The notes: generated by a model from the sequence alone, not told the origin. Shown: positions 23,603-34,553, counted from the first letter of the stretch. The stretch: DNA of 64,000 nucleotides from an uncultured bacterium (GCA_964387845.1 CAYLXA010000006.1:96001-160000); one strand, 5' to 3'. A program made the numbers and translations.

Positions 23603-25899
23603 AAGTTAACGAACTCGCCAAAGAGCTTGGCGTCTCAAGCAAAGAACTTCTCGAAGTCTTGAAGGAGAAGGATTCTAAACTTAAGAATCAGTTTACCGAG
23701 CTTGATAAAAATCAAATCGCTTACGCCAAGAAACATGTAAAACCTTCCGCAAAAACGAAGAAAGAAACGAAGGTCGCCGTAGCTCAAAAAGAAAAAATCA
23801 GTGCGGCGCTCAAAAAATTATCCGAAAAAGCCGCAAAAAAAGAAGCAAAAGAAAAGGAAGTCAAGGCCGCTGCCAAAGCAAAAACAGTGGAGGTTAAGAA
23901 GCCCGTTGCGCCAAAGCCCGTTGCGCCGAAAATTGAAAAGCCGGCTGTGCCCGCAAAGCCGGCTCCTGAAATTAAAAGAGCACCTGCGAAATCAGTGCCT
24001 TTGACAAGTTCGCCGGTAGCCGCAAAACCGTTTGTTGCACCAAAAGCCCATCCAGAAGTTAAAAAGCAAGAAAGGCCGGTTTTTGTACCTAAATCAGCGC
24101 CTGTTGTCCAAACACCTCCTTCTCCGCCACCGGTTCAGGAAAAGAAGCCGATTAAGCTTGATATTCCGATTACGGTTGGTAACTTGGCGAATGCGTTTAG
24201 CATGACGCCTGCCGAATTAATCAAAGCGCTCATCAGCATTGGTGTATTTGCGAATATTAACCAGCTTTTAAATGATGAGATTGTCTTTAAAGTTGCAGCG
24301 GAACTCGAAATCAAAGTCGAAAAAAATGAAGCCGTTTCCGAAAAAATTTACAGCGCGAAAAAAGAAGATCCTAAGAAATTAAAGTTCCGCGCTCCCGTGG
24401 TCACGATGATGGGCCATGTCGATCACGGAAAGACATCGCTCCTGGATGCGATTCGCAAAACACATGTGGCGGCAGGCGAGGCCGGCTACATCACACAACA
24501 CATCGGTGCTTACATGGTCGAGCTTCCGGGAAAAGGTTATGTCACATTTCTCGATACCCCTGGCCATGAGGCGTTTACTGCCATCCGTGCCCGCGGAGCA
24601 CACGTGACGGATATGGTTGTTCTTGTGGTGGCGGCCGATGACGGCATCATGCCGCAAACGCGCGAAGCGATTGATCACGCGCGCGCCGCTGAATGCCCAA
24701 TCATTGTCGCAATTAATAAATCCGATTTGCCGGCTGCCAATCCGCAACGCGTGATGACACAGCTGCAAAAAATCGAACTCGTTCCCGAGGAATGGGGCGG
24801 TAAGACAATTTGCGTGAAGGTTTCTGCAAAAACCGGTGATGGAATTGATGAACTGCTCGAGATGCTGCTTTTACAGGCGGAAGTTATGGAACTCAGAGCC
24901 AATCCTGATTGCGAAGCGCAGGGGACGGTTCTTGAGGCCAAGCTAACAAAAGGCCAGGGAGCGGTTTCGACCATTCTTGTTCAGCGCGGCACGCTGCATG
25001 TGGGTGACGTGGTTGTGGCGGGCCCTTATTTCGGCCGCGTGCGTGCGATGAAAAACGATCGCGGTAAAAATGTGAAAGAAGCTCGGCCCTCCCATGCCGT
25101 TGAAGTGCTCGGCCTTTCCGGTGTTCCGGATGCCGGAGAGCTTTTCGCGGTGGTGGGTGATGAAAAAATGGCGCGTACGATTGCAGAAAAGCGCGAGCTT
25201 GAACTCCGCGAAAGAAGTATGCAGGGCATTCATTCGAAACACATGTCTCTGCAAGAGCTTTACAGCAAGATTAAAGAAGGCCAGAAGGAGCTCCGGCTCA
25301 TCATTAAGGCCGATACCCAAGGTTCTATCGAAGCGCTTTCGCAGATGCTTGAAAAATCGTTTTCAGATAAAATCAGTGTTCGCATTATTCATACCGGGGT
25401 CGGCGGTCTTAACGAATCAGACGTCATGCTCGCAGTCGCAAGCGATGCCATTCTGATCGGTTTTCATGTGAAATCCGAAACGCGCGCACAGGAGATCATC
25501 GAAAAAGAAGGGATTGATGCCCGCTTTTACAGCATTATTTATGAAGTCGTGCAGGATGTCCAAAAAGCGCTCGAAGGGTTGCTGGAGCCGACCCTGAAGG
25601 AAGTGGTCGAAGGAAGGTTTGAAATTCGTAAGATTTTTAAATCATCGAAAGTCGGCACAATCGGCGGCGGTACGGTGATTAAAGGCAAAATCAGCCGCAA
25701 CAATCCCGTTCGCGTGATCCGCGATAATATTGTCGTATTTGAAGGAAAGCTGGCGTCATTAAAACGGTTTCAGGATGATGCGCGCGAAGTTCAGGAAGGC
25801 TTTGAATGCGGTGTTGCCGTACAGGGTTTTGACGGGATTCAGGAAAAAGACATTGTGGAGTCCTACCGCGTTGATAAAATCGCGACGAAACTCGTTTAA
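23599..25899 (+). CDS. infB: translation initiation factor IF-2
   Basis: 766 aa. Lys/Ala/Pro-rich N-terminal region, then the GTPase G-domain ([24 protein letters not shown]) and the conserved C-terminal domains. Confidence 0.95.
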   Translation: MKVNELAKELGVSSKELLEVLKEKDSKLKNQFTELDKNQIAYAKKHVKPSAKTKKETKVAVAQKEKISAALKKLSEKAAKKEAKEKEVKAAAKAKTVEVKKPVAPKPVAPKIEKPAVPAKPAPEIKRAPAKSVPLTSSPVAAKPFVAPKAHPEVKKQERPVFVPKSAPVVQTPPSPPPVQEKKPIKLDIPITVGNLANAFSMTPAELIKALISIGVFANINQLLNDEIVFKVAAELEIKVEKNEAVSEKIYSAKKEDPKKLKFRAPVVTMMGHVDHGKTSLLDAIRKTHVAAGEAGYITQHIGAYMVELPGKGYVTFLDTPGHEAFTAIRARGAHVTDMVVLVVAADDGIMPQTREAIDHARAAECPIIVAINKSDLPAANPQRVMTQLQKIELVPEEWGGKTICVKVSAKTGDGIDELLEMLLLQAEVMELRANPDCEAQGTVLEAKLTKGQGAVSTILVQRGTLHVGDVVVAGPYFGRVRAMKNDRGKNVKEARPSHAVEVLGLSGVPDAGELFAVVGDEKMARTIAEKRELELRERSMQGIHSKHMSLQELYSKIKEGQKELRLIIKADTQGSIEALSQMLEKSFSDKISVRIIHTGVGGLNESDVMLAVASDAILIGFHVKSETRAQEIIEKEGIDARFYSIIYEVVQDVQKALEGLLEPTLKEVVEGRFEIRKIFKSSKVGTIGGGTVIKGKISRNNPVRVIRDNIVVFEGKLASLKRFQDDAREVQEGFECGVAVQGFDGIQEKDIVESYRVDKIATKLV

Positions 25900-25904
25900 A
25901 TCAA

Positions 25905-26186
25905 ATGATTTTGGGAACGCTCCAGCTTGAACTTTATTTCCCGGATCCTCAATCTTTGAAAGAAAAACGCCACATTTTAAAAAGCGTTCTCACACGGCTG
26001 AAGCAGCGGTTCAATGTTTCAGTGGCCGAGCTGGATAATATGGGCAAATGGCAGTCATCGATTATCGGTGTTGCCTATATCGGAAGTAACCGGAACGATG
26101 TGGACCGCGGTTTGAATTCGGTGCTCGAGTTTTTTGACGCAGAAGATAAGCTCGAAGTGGTCAGGCAAATGAAGGAGTTATTGTAA
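25905..26186 (+). CDS. DUF503 family protein (YlxP-like)
   Basis: 93-aa ORF between infB and rbfA, the conserved position of the ylxP/DUF503 gene. MILGTLQLELYFPD...VAYIGSN is typical of that family. Confidence 0.7.
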   Translation: MILGTLQLELYFPDPQSLKEKRHILKSVLTRLKQRFNVSVAELDNMGKWQSSIIGVAYIGSNRNDVDRGLNSVLEFFDAEDKLEVVRQMKELL

Positions 26187-26554
26187 TGCAGGGAAAAAGA
26201 GCAGATAAAGTCGCAGAACTTGTGAGAATGGAGCTGAGCTCAACGGTTTTGACACGCCTCAAGGATCCGCGTGTCGGATTTATCACGATTACGCGTGTCG
26301 AGATGAGTAATGACCTGCAAATCGCAAAAGTTTTTTACAGTGTTTTAGGAGACCGCGAGAAAAAGCGTGCCACCGGCGAAGCGCTCGAGCATGCGCGCGG
26401 ATTTTTACAGCGCGACGTGGGTGATGTTTTGAAGCTCCGCTACACGCCGCATTTACAGTTTCATCTCGATGAATCCGCCGACAATTCCGAAGAAGTTGAA
26501 AATATCATTAAAAAAATACATACGAATACTGGAAAAAATCCGGGTCAATTATGA
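26186..26554 (+). CDS. rbfA: ribosome-binding factor A
   Basis: 122 aa. RADKVAELVRMELS...DPRVGFITITRVEMSNDLQIAKVFYSV is a typical RbfA sequence. Overlaps the neighbouring genes by 1 and 4 nt. Confidence 0.92.
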   Translation: MQGKRADKVAELVRMELSSTVLTRLKDPRVGFITITRVEMSNDLQIAKVFYSVLGDREKKRATGEALEHARGFLQRDVGDVLKLRYTPHLQFHLDESADNSEEVENIIKKIHTNTGKNPGQL

Positions 26555-27555
26555 CAACGATCAAAACAAAGCAAAATAAGGTCGATCACCAGATTGCCGA
26601 ATTCTGCAAAGGGCTTGAGTCTAAAAGCCACTTTATATTAGCGTCGCATGTGAACCCGGAAGGCGATGCGGTGGCGTGTCTTTTGGCGATGGAATCGCTT
26701 TTGAAACGCCTGGGGAAAAAGACCATTATCGTTTGCGAAGACCCGTTTCCTGCGAGACTCCGGTGCCTGGACTCCAAACATTGGAATCAAGTGAAAGACG
26801 TGAAGCTTGATCCGAATCAGTACGATGCGCTGGTAGTGGCCGATTGCCCGACGCTGGAGCGCGTCGGAACAACACGTCGATTCGTCAACGAAAAAACAAC
26901 GATTTTCAATATTGATCACCACGTCACGAATTTACGGTTTGGGACTTATAATTTTGTGCAGCCCAAAGCCTCTGCATGCGGCGAAGTTGTGTATGAGTTC
27001 TTTAAATACTTTAAACTTCCGCTGACCAAAGAAGAAGCGGCCGCGCTCTACGTTTCGATTTCGACGGACACCGGTTCATTCAAATACAGCAACACCACCG
27101 TCGGTTCTCATTTAATTGCGGCGGAGCTAATTAAAACCGGCATTGATATCGAAGCGATCAACGAAGATCTTTATGCGACCTATTCGCTCAATCAAATGAA
27201 GCTTTACAGCCTCTTGATGGGACGTGTCCGCAACGAATTTAACGGTCAAGTGGCTTGGGTGGGAATGCGCCGTCACGATCTTCACAGTTCCGGCGCGACG
27301 TATGAAGATGCCGAAGGTTTTATCGATTTTTTGAAGTACATGCAGGAAGTGCAATTTGCGTTTTTTCTTCTTGAAACCGAAACGCCGAATCAAATCCGCG
27401 TTTGCCTGCGCGCCAAAGGCCATCATGATGTCAGTAAAATCGCGATCCATTTTGGCGGCGGCGGACACTCCAAAGCGGCTGGCTGTATTATTGAAGGTAC
27501 GCTCCAGAAAGCGGCGGATTTGCTGCTCGCTGAAATCCGGAAAGAATTGAAATAA
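26551..27555 (+). CDS. nrnA: DHH-family phosphoesterase, NrnA-like (oligoribonuclease / pAp phosphatase)
   Basis: 334 aa. DHH motifs (HVNPEGDAVAC, VVADCPT, NIDHH) and a DHHA1 GGGH motif (FGGGGHSKAAG). Confidence 0.8.
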   Translation: MTTIKTKQNKVDHQIAEFCKGLESKSHFILASHVNPEGDAVACLLAMESLLKRLGKKTIIVCEDPFPARLRCLDSKHWNQVKDVKLDPNQYDALVVADCPTLERVGTTRRFVNEKTTIFNIDHHVTNLRFGTYNFVQPKASACGEVVYEFFKYFKLPLTKEEAAALYVSISTDTGSFKYSNTTVGSHLIAAELIKTGIDIEAINEDLYATYSLNQMKLYSLLMGRVRNEFNGQVAWVGMRRHDLHSSGATYEDAEGFIDFLKYMQEVQFAFFLLETETPNQIRVCLRAKGHHDVSKIAIHFGGGGHSKAAGCIIEGTLQKAADLLLAEIRKELK

Positions 27556-27562
27556 GCCATCC

Positions 27563-28261
27563 ATGAACGGAATCCTCATCGTTGATAAAGAAAAAGGCTG
27601 GACATCGCACGACGTGTGCGCTTTTATCCGAAGCCGTTTTAAGATCAGTAAAGTCGGGCATGCCGGCACGCTGGATCCTTTGGCAACGGGCTTGCTGGTT
27701 GTTTTGCTGGGGCGCGCGACAAAATTATCCCAGTCGTTATCGGCTTGCGACAAAGAATATAACGGTACGATGCGGCTTGGCATAAAAACCGATTCACATG
27801 ATTTGGAAGGAAAAATATTGGAAGAAAGATCTTGGCAGGATGTGACGCCCGAAAAGCTGGAAACCGTTTTGGCCGGTTTCCGAGGCGATATTGAACAAAT
27901 GCCGCCGATGGTTTCAGCGCTCAAACACAAAGGCGTTCGTCTTTATAAATTGGCGCGGCAGGGCAAAACGGTTGAACGGGAAAGCCGAAAGATCACAGTG
28001 CATCAGCTTGAAGCGACAAAAATTCAATTCCCCGATGTGGATTTTACCGCCCGGGTTTCAAAAGGCACCTATTTACGGACGCTTGTTAATGATATCGGAG
28101 AAAAATTAGGATGCTTTGCTTCGCTGGCATCATTGCGCAGGACCCGCTGCGGCGATTTTAGTATTGAAGATGCGATTACAATCGCGCAGTTGAAAGAATT
28201 GAAAGCCGATTCGCTGGGGCGCTGGGTGCGCATGGCAACGCTGGCTTATTCCAGCGCATAG
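27563..28261 (+). CDS. truB: tRNA pseudouridine(55) synthase
   Basis: MNGILIVDKEKGWTSHDV...GHAGTLDPLATGLLVV carries the TruB catalytic Asp motif. Confidence 0.93.
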   Translation: MNGILIVDKEKGWTSHDVCAFIRSRFKISKVGHAGTLDPLATGLLVVLLGRATKLSQSLSACDKEYNGTMRLGIKTDSHDLEGKILEERSWQDVTPEKLETVLAGFRGDIEQMPPMVSALKHKGVRLYKLARQGKTVERESRKITVHQLEATKIQFPDVDFTARVSKGTYLRTLVNDIGEKLGCFASLASLRRTRCGDFSIEDAITIAQLKELKADSLGRWVRMATLAYSSA

Positions 28262-28266
28262 TTTTT

Positions 28267-29289
28267 ATGATTCATGTTGTGACCGACTTGAAGCGGTTCC
28301 GAAAGAAGGAACACGCGGCGCTGGTCGTGGCGCTGGGTAATTTTGACGGCGTACATACGGGTCATCAGGCAATTCTGAAGCAAATCCGCGACCATGCGCG
28401 TCAGATCAATGGCAATGCCGCGGTTTTGACTTTTGAGCAGCATCCGCAGCACGTTTTGCACAAAAAAGGCGACCCGCTGCTTTTGACGTCGTTTCATCAA
28501 AAGCTGGCGCTTTTGGAACAAAACGGGATTTCGCTTTGCATCCTTGAGAAGTTTACGATTGATTTCTCGAAACAATCGCCCGAGCAGTTTGTTAAAGAAG
28601 TGTTGATCGGGCATTTGGGTGCAAAAGCTGTTTGCATGGGCTTTAATGCCAAATTCGGCCGCGACCGGACGGGCGATGTGCAGAGCATGCACGATCTGGC
28701 CGAGAAGTATCACTTTCGTTTTTTGGAAATCAAGCCGGTTGAGTCGGGGCATGTGTCGGTCAGCAGTACCGAAGTCCGCGCCAGCATTACAAAAGGCAAT
28801 TTGGAATCCGCCGCTCAATTTTTAGGCAGGCCTTTTTCGGTTTATGGAACGGTGGAGCGTGGCTCAGGGCGCGGTGTGGCGTTAGGTTTTCCAACCGCCA
28901 ACCTAAAATTGTCGAGCGAAGTGCTCCCGCCTTGCGGCGTCTATGCGGTATGTGCCGATTTGATCGAAGAAAAGATCAAAACCACGGACGATGGTTTTTC
29001 TTTTGAGAAAACCACGGCTCAAAAAGGCATGCAAGGGGTTCTGAATTATGGCTTGCGGCCCACCTTTGAGGCGGGTCAAAACCCCCGGATGGAAGTGCAT
29101 TTATTAGGTGAAAATCGGGATTTTTTGAGTAAAACGCTCGAAATCTCGTTTATTCGTAAGCTACGGGATGAAAAGAAGTTCGCAAATCCCGGAGAATTGG
29201 CATCTCAAATTAAGGAAGATATTAAAGACGCAAAATCGGCATTTTCTGGTAAAATGTCCGGTCTTGGCATTATTCAAAAAGGTAATTAG
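28267..29289 (+). CDS. ribF: bifunctional riboflavin kinase / FAD synthetase
   Basis: 340 aa. Nucleotidyltransferase N-terminus (LGNFDGVHTGHQ) and a C-terminal riboflavin kinase domain (GFPTANL...VEVHLL). Confidence 0.92.
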   Translation: MIHVVTDLKRFRKKEHAALVVALGNFDGVHTGHQAILKQIRDHARQINGNAAVLTFEQHPQHVLHKKGDPLLLTSFHQKLALLEQNGISLCILEKFTIDFSKQSPEQFVKEVLIGHLGAKAVCMGFNAKFGRDRTGDVQSMHDLAEKYHFRFLEIKPVESGHVSVSSTEVRASITKGNLESAAQFLGRPFSVYGTVERGSGRGVALGFPTANLKLSSEVLPPCGVYAVCADLIEEKIKTTDDGFSFEKTTAQKGMQGVLNYGLRPTFEAGQNPRMEVHLLGENRDFLSKTLEISFIRKLRDEKKFANPGELASQIKEDIKDAKSAFSGKMSGLGIIQKGN

Positions 29290-29302
29290 GAGGAGTTTAA
29301 GA

Positions 29303-29572
29303 ATGAGTATTACGAAAGAAAAGAAAACTGAAATTGTGAAGTCATTTCAGAAAGCGAAGAACGATACCGGCTCTTGTGAAGTCCAGGTCGCTGTTTTGAC
29401 CGAAAGGATCAATAAGCTGACGGATCATCTGAAAACCAATTCAAAAGACAAGCATTCCAAACTGGGTCTTTTGAGGATGGTTGAACGCAGAAAGAAGCTT
29501 CTGGCTTATTTGTCGAAAACCGATGAAAAGACTTACAAGTCGCTGATCGGCAAGCTGGATATCCGGAAGTAA
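29303..29572 (+). CDS. rpsO: 30S ribosomal protein S15
   Basis: MSITKEKKTEIVKSFQKAKNDTGS...LGLLRMVERRKKLLAYL is the S15 sequence. AGGAGG RBS at 29287-29292. The track ORF start at 29168 is an upstream in-frame extension, which I rejected. Confidence 0.93.
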   Translation: MSITKEKKTEIVKSFQKAKNDTGSCEVQVAVLTERINKLTDHLKTNSKDKHSKLGLLRMVERRKKLLAYLSKTDEKTYKSLIGKLDIRK

Positions 29573-29638
29573 GCGGGTATTGAAGAATTGAAGAGAAGAA
29601 AAATAAAATTCAGAGGGAAGTAGAGGGGATAAAAGAGA

Positions 29639-31762
29639 ATGGCTACAAAAGTTAGCGCGAAAGTTGGTAATGAAGAAGTTAGTATCGAAACAGGCAAGTT
29701 GGCAAAACAAGCGGACGGTTCGGTTTTAATCCAGGCGGGCGGCACGGTTGTGCTGGTCAGCGCAGTTGCGGAAAAGGAAGTTGATGAAGGGCAGGATTTC
29801 TTCCCGCTTACAGTGGATTATCGAGAGAAAACTTACGCGGCCGGCAAAATTCCCGGAGGATTTTTTAAACGCGAAGGCCGTCCGACCGAGAAAGAGATTT
29901 TAACGAGCCGCTTGATGGATCGCCCGATCCGTCCTCTTTTCCCCTCAAATTATTTAAACGAAGTTCAAGTGATTGCTATGGTTCTTTCCGTGGACGGTGA
30001 AAACAACCCCGATACCCTCGCGATGGTCGGTGCCTCAGCCGCTCTCATGGTTTCCGGAATTCCGTTCGAAACGCCGGTCGGCAGTGTCCGGGTCGGTATG
30101 ATCGGAGAAGAATTTGTGATTAATCCGACTTACGCGCAAATGGAAGAAAGCCGATTGGATCTGGTTTTGGCTGCAACCGAGAAAAACGTAACGATGATTG
30201 AAGCCGGTGCCCATGAGCTTTCGGAAGAAACCATTCTGAAAGCCATTCAATTCGGCCATTCAAAAGCTCAGGAATTAATCCGCATCCAGAAAGAGCTGGC
30301 AGCCAAGTGCGGAAAGTCTAAACCCAAAGTTGCCGAGCGAGTAATTCCCGCGAACGTGGCAAAGCAAGTCAAAGACAAAGTCGGCAATGAATTTTCCAAA
30401 ATTTTTAAACTTCCGACAAAGGAAGAGCGCGCAGATGCCCGCACCGAACTTTATAAGGCAGTGTTGGCAAGTTTTAATGCAGAGGCTCCGGATTTCAAAG
30501 AGGGTGATGTGAAGTATGCTTTTGATGTTCTGGAAGAACAATTCGTCCGCATTGCGATAGCCGATAAGCATCAGCGCCCGGACGGCCGCCAGTTAACGGA
30601 ATTTCGTAAAATTACGTGCGAAACCGGCATATTGCCCAGAACGCACGGCTCTTCGCTTTTTACGCGCGGCGAAACTCAAAGTCTTTCAACCGCTACCTTG
30701 GGCAGCGGCCAAGATGAGCAGAGAATCGATGCGTTGGAAGGCGAAATGTTCAAGCAGTTCATGCTCCATTACAATTTCCCGCCGTTTAGCGTGGGCGAAA
30801 CAGGGCGCAACAGCGGCCCGGGCCGCAGAGAAATCGGCCATGGCGCGTTGGCTGAGCGGGCATTAAGAGCTGTTATTCCTTCACAGGAAGAATTTCCGTA
30901 TGTGATTCGTGTGGTGTCGGAAATTTTGGAATCAAACGGTTCCAGCTCCATGGCCTCGGTCTGCGCCGGAACTTTGGCGCTGATGGATGCCGGCGTTCCG
31001 ATTAAAGCGCCCGTGAGCGGTATTGCGATGGGCCTTGTGACGGAAGGCGATAAATGGTGCGTTTTGACCGATATCGCAGGCGTCGAAGACCATTTGGGTG
31101 ATATGGATTTCAAAGTCGCCGGAACCAAGCAGGGCATCACGGCGCTTCAAATGGATATTAAGATTTCAGGAATTTCGGAAGCGATCTTGAAAAAAGCACT
31201 CGAAGACAGCAAGGTCGCACGCCTCAAAATTTTGGATATTATGTTGCAGTCAATTCCGTCTGCGCGTAAAGATTTGTCCGAATTTGCACCGCGGATTACG
31301 ACGGTACGCGTAAATCCGGAGAAAATCGGCGAATTGATCGGCCCCGGCGGTAAGAATATTAAGAAAATTATCGCAGAATCCGGTGCCAAGGTTGATATCG
31401 AAGATGATGGCCGTGTCAATGTGTCCTCAAATGACGCAAAGGCAGTTGAAATGGCCTTGAAAATGATTTCAGCGATTGCTGAAGAGCCCGAGCTTGGGAA
31501 AATCTATCAAGCCAAAGTTCGGAAGATCGCTGCGTTCGGTGCATTTTGTGAAATTTTGCCCGGCACGGATGGTCTGCTGCACGTTTCTGAAATTGCCGAA
31601 GGATTTGTGAAGAAAGTGGATGATTATTTGAAAATGGGCGATATTGTTCCCGTCAAAGTCATCAACATTGACGAAAACGGCAAAATCAGCCTGAGCCGCG
31701 TAAAGGCACTGAAAGAATTGGGCATCACGGATACCAAAACAGCAGCGAGTCCCAAATCTTAA
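29639..31762 (+). CDS. pnp: polyribonucleotide nucleotidyltransferase (PNPase)
   Basis: 707 aa. Two RNase PH domains plus KH and S1 domains. Canonical position after rpsO. Confidence 0.95.
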   Translation: MATKVSAKVGNEEVSIETGKLAKQADGSVLIQAGGTVVLVSAVAEKEVDEGQDFFPLTVDYREKTYAAGKIPGGFFKREGRPTEKEILTSRLMDRPIRPLFPSNYLNEVQVIAMVLSVDGENNPDTLAMVGASAALMVSGIPFETPVGSVRVGMIGEEFVINPTYAQMEESRLDLVLAATEKNVTMIEAGAHELSEETILKAIQFGHSKAQELIRIQKELAAKCGKSKPKVAERVIPANVAKQVKDKVGNEFSKIFKLPTKEERADARTELYKAVLASFNAEAPDFKEGDVKYAFDVLEEQFVRIAIADKHQRPDGRQLTEFRKITCETGILPRTHGSSLFTRGETQSLSTATLGSGQDEQRIDALEGEMFKQFMLHYNFPPFSVGETGRNSGPGRREIGHGALAERALRAVIPSQEEFPYVIRVVSEILESNGSSSMASVCAGTLALMDAGVPIKAPVSGIAMGLVTEGDKWCVLTDIAGVEDHLGDMDFKVAGTKQGITALQMDIKISGISEAILKKALEDSKVARLKILDIMLQSIPSARKDLSEFAPRITTVRVNPEKIGELIGPGGKNIKKIIAESGAKVDIEDDGRVNVSSNDAKAVEMALKMISAIAEEPELGKIYQAKVRKIAAFGAFCEILPGTDGLLHVSEIAEGFVKKVDDYLKMGDIVPVKVINIDENGKISLSRVKALKELGITDTKTAASPKS

Positions 31763-31784
31763 ACCAAAAGCGCTGAGGCAAAGC

Positions 31785-32240
31785 ATGGCGCGCCAAAAAC
31801 TCGAACTTCTCATCAAGCGCCTTCCGCATCATGAAGGCCTTGAGATGCCTGCCTATATGAGCGAGCATGCAAGCGGGATGGACTTAGTGGCTGCCGTGAC
31901 TGAGCCCGTGACACTTTTGCCAGGCAAGCGCGCCCTCATTCCAACCGGTATTTCGATCGCAATTCCCGAAGGTTTCGAAGTGCAGGTACGCCCGCGGAGC
32001 GGACTTGCGCACCGACACGGAATCGGTGTTTTGAATTCCCCCGGAACGATTGATTCGGATTACCGCGGCGAAATTCAGGTAATCCTGATTAATTTAGGCG
32101 ACCAGCCTCATATCATCGAACGAGGTGCCCGGATCGCCCAAATGGTCCTTTCGCCTACCTATCAAGCGGAAATCAAGGTTGTCCCCGAACTGGACGTTAC
32201 TATAAGAAACCACGGCGGTTTCGGCCATACCGGCTTTTAA
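31785..32240 (+). CDS. dut: dUTP diphosphatase
   Basis: 151 aa. SGMDL, RSGLA and GTIDSDYRGE dUTPase motifs. Confidence 0.92.
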   Translation: MARQKLELLIKRLPHHEGLEMPAYMSEHASGMDLVAAVTEPVTLLPGKRALIPTGISIAIPEGFEVQVRPRSGLAHRHGIGVLNSPGTIDSDYRGEIQVILINLGDQPHIIERGARIAQMVLSPTYQAEIKVVPELDVTIRNHGGFGHTGF

Positions 32241-32251
32241 GGGGAAAATTC

Positions 32252-34543
32252 ATGAAGAAGGAAAGAATTAACGAAATAGTAGGGCTTTTTTATCTGTTGG
32301 CGAGTCTTTTTACTTTGATCAGCCTGCTATTTTATGATTTTCAGGACCATTCGTTCTACACGTCGGTTCCGAATCATCCGATCCAAAACCCGGCCGGCAT
32401 CGTCGGCGCTTATTTGGCGCATTATTTGGTCCTGACTTTCGGTTTCGGATCTTTCAGCGTTCCGATTCTTTTACTGTTTTGGTCATCCTGTTATTTTCTC
32501 CAGAAAGTCCCTCAAAAAAAATTCCTGGAAATCATCGGCATCCTCATCGCGATTTTCTCGGTTGCGAGCATTTTGTCGCTGATCGCACAGTCTACCTGGC
32601 AAGTCCGCTCAGGCGGCCTGTTGGGTTATTATTTTTCGAGCATTCTGGAACGCTATTTTGGTTTTTGGGGCGGGCTTTTAATGGCAACGTCATGTTTGCT
32701 TCTGGCTACACTTTTATTCACCGACTTTCTTTTGTACCCCATTTTTCAAAAAATATGGAACTCGGTGGCCAATTGGTTCCTGGCAAAATCCGTCAAGGAT
32801 GCATTCTTAAAACCCAAGAAGCCGACGGTGCTTGTAAAACCAAAGTCCAAACCCAAGGAAGAGCCGAAAGTGCCCGCCAAGAAGCCCGGTAAATTTTTGG
32901 AGCTCATGCCGATTAAAATCAAGCAGTTCAGGCCCGGAGCGCCGGAACCTGCGGAAAAGAAGCCGGTCAAATTTAATTTAATGGCGAAGGAAAAGATTGA
33001 AGAAGACGCGCTGAAGAAAGCAAAAGCGGAAATTAAAAAACCGGAGAAGATTGACATTCCCACGGAAGGTACCATTCAAATTTCGAATGCGCCCGCGAAA
33101 CGGAGCGGCCAGTATGTTTTCCCGTCTATCGACCTGCTTCATGTGCCTAAAAATGCCGGAATGGCGGTTGAGGAAGATTTCAAACGCAATTCCGAGATTC
33201 TTGAAGAAACGTTCCGCGATTTCGGAATCGAAGTCAAAGTTGTTGAAGTGGAGCAGGGGCCCGTGATTACGCGCTACGAAATTATGCCGGCGCCGGGCAT
33301 GAAGGTCGCGCGCATTCTGGCTTACTCGGATGATTTGGCGCTGGCAATGAAGGCGCCCAGTATCCGGTTTATTGCGCCGATTCCGGGCAAATCCGCCATC
33401 GGCGTTGAAGTGCCGAATTCTGTTTCTTGTTCTGTGTTTCTGCGCGAGATGATTGAGACCAAAGAATTCAAGCAAGGAAAAGCCAAATTACCGCTCACGC
33501 TCGGTAAGGACACGAGCGGAAAACCGATGATCGCCGATTTAACTGAAATGCCGCACATTTTGATTGCGGGCACAACAGGAAGTGGAAAAACGGTTTGCGT
33601 CAATTCCATCATTGCCGGGCTTTTGTATTCCAAGTCGCCGGATGATTTGAAATTCGTGATGATCGATCCAAAAATGGTTGAAATGACGGTTTACAAAGAT
33701 CTTCCGCACATGCTGACGCCGGTCGTGACGGACGTGAAAAAAGCGGCGGTGACGCTCAATTGGGTGGTCAGCGAAATGGAGCGCCGTTATAAATTTTTCG
33801 CGCACGCCGGCGCCCGCAACATTCAAGCGTTTAATGCCCGCGAAGATAAACAGCCGGCTGAAACCGAAGCCGGCACGCTGCCCGAGCGGCTCCCTTACAT
33901 CGTAGTCGTGATTGACGAGCTTGCTGACCTCATGATGGTTGCTCAGGACAAGGTAGAAGGCGCCATCACGCGGCTTGCGCAGCTTTCGCGCGCAGTCGGC
34001 ATTCATTTGATTTTAGCCACACAACGGCCTTCTGTTGATGTTATTACGGGCGTGATCAAAGCCAATTTTCCGGCGCGTATTTCGTTTAAAGTGGCATCTA
34101 AAATTGATTCGCGAACGGTTTTAGATACGAGCGGCGCTGATAAATTGATCGGAAAAGGCGACATGCTTTTCCTTGAGCCCGGACGCGAAAAACCCGTGCG
34201 CGGCCAGGCGGCTTATGTTGCCGATGCAGAAATTAATGCAGTCGTTAAAGCCATCAAGCAGAATGGTTCTCCAAGTTATCATCCCGAAATCCAGCAAATT
34301 CAGGAAGGCAAAACGTCGCAGGTGTCATCCGAAAAAGATGAAATTTATGACGAAGCGGTTCGTGTGGTATTAGAAACGCGCCAAGCCTCTGTCTCTGTCT
34401 TGCAGCGGCGTTTGAGGCTCGGTTACGGCCGCGCGGCGCGCATTGTCGATATGATGGAGCAGGAGGGCATTGTCGGGCCTCCGCAAGGCAGCAAGCCGCG
34501 TGAAATTTTAGTCGAGAAATACGAAGACGTCGCCAAATCCTAA
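32252..34543 (+). CDS. ftsK: DNA translocase FtsK
   Basis: 763 aa. N-terminal TM helices, a Pro/Lys-rich linker, an FtsK/SpoIIIE ATPase (GTTGSGKT Walker A, VIDELADL Walker B) and a C-terminal gamma winged-helix (VLQRRLRLGYGRAARIV). Confidence 0.93.
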   Translation: MKKERINEIVGLFYLLASLFTLISLLFYDFQDHSFYTSVPNHPIQNPAGIVGAYLAHYLVLTFGFGSFSVPILLLFWSSCYFLQKVPQKKFLEIIGILIAIFSVASILSLIAQSTWQVRSGGLLGYYFSSILERYFGFWGGLLMATSCLLLATLLFTDFLLYPIFQKIWNSVANWFLAKSVKDAFLKPKKPTVLVKPKSKPKEEPKVPAKKPGKFLELMPIKIKQFRPGAPEPAEKKPVKFNLMAKEKIEEDALKKAKAEIKKPEKIDIPTEGTIQISNAPAKRSGQYVFPSIDLLHVPKNAGMAVEEDFKRNSEILEETFRDFGIEVKVVEVEQGPVITRYEIMPAPGMKVARILAYSDDLALAMKAPSIRFIAPIPGKSAIGVEVPNSVSCSVFLREMIETKEFKQGKAKLPLTLGKDTSGKPMIADLTEMPHILIAGTTGSGKTVCVNSIIAGLLYSKSPDDLKFVMIDPKMVEMTVYKDLPHMLTPVVTDVKKAAVTLNWVVSEMERRYKFFAHAGARNIQAFNAREDKQPAETEAGTLPERLPYIVVVIDELADLMMVAQDKVEGAITRLAQLSRAVGIHLILATQRPSVDVITGVIKANFPARISFKVASKIDSRTVLDTSGADKLIGKGDMLFLEPGREKPVRGQAAYVADAEINAVVKAIKQNGSPSYHPEIQQIQEGKTSQVSSEKDEIYDEAVRVVLETRQASVSVLQRRLRLGYGRAARIVDMMEQEGIVGPPQGSKPREILVEKYEDVAKS

Positions 34544-34553
34544 TTTTCTTCCG

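Noticed and set aside
27127-27930. 267-aa ORF on the - strand
   Set aside because: Fully antisense to two well-supported conserved genes (nrnA-like DHH phosphoesterase and truB). No recognisable motifs. Typical shadow ORF.
29168-29302. ORF-track 5' extension of rpsO (134-aa version)
   Set aside because: S15 is about 89 aa. ATG 29303 is preceded by an AGGAGG RBS, and the extension has no S15-like sequence.
32479-33475. Alternative-frame and antisense ORFs (137 aa +, 165 aa -, 109 aa -) within ftsK
   Set aside because: They overlap the conserved FtsK coding frame and have low-complexity or Arg-rich translations without motifs.
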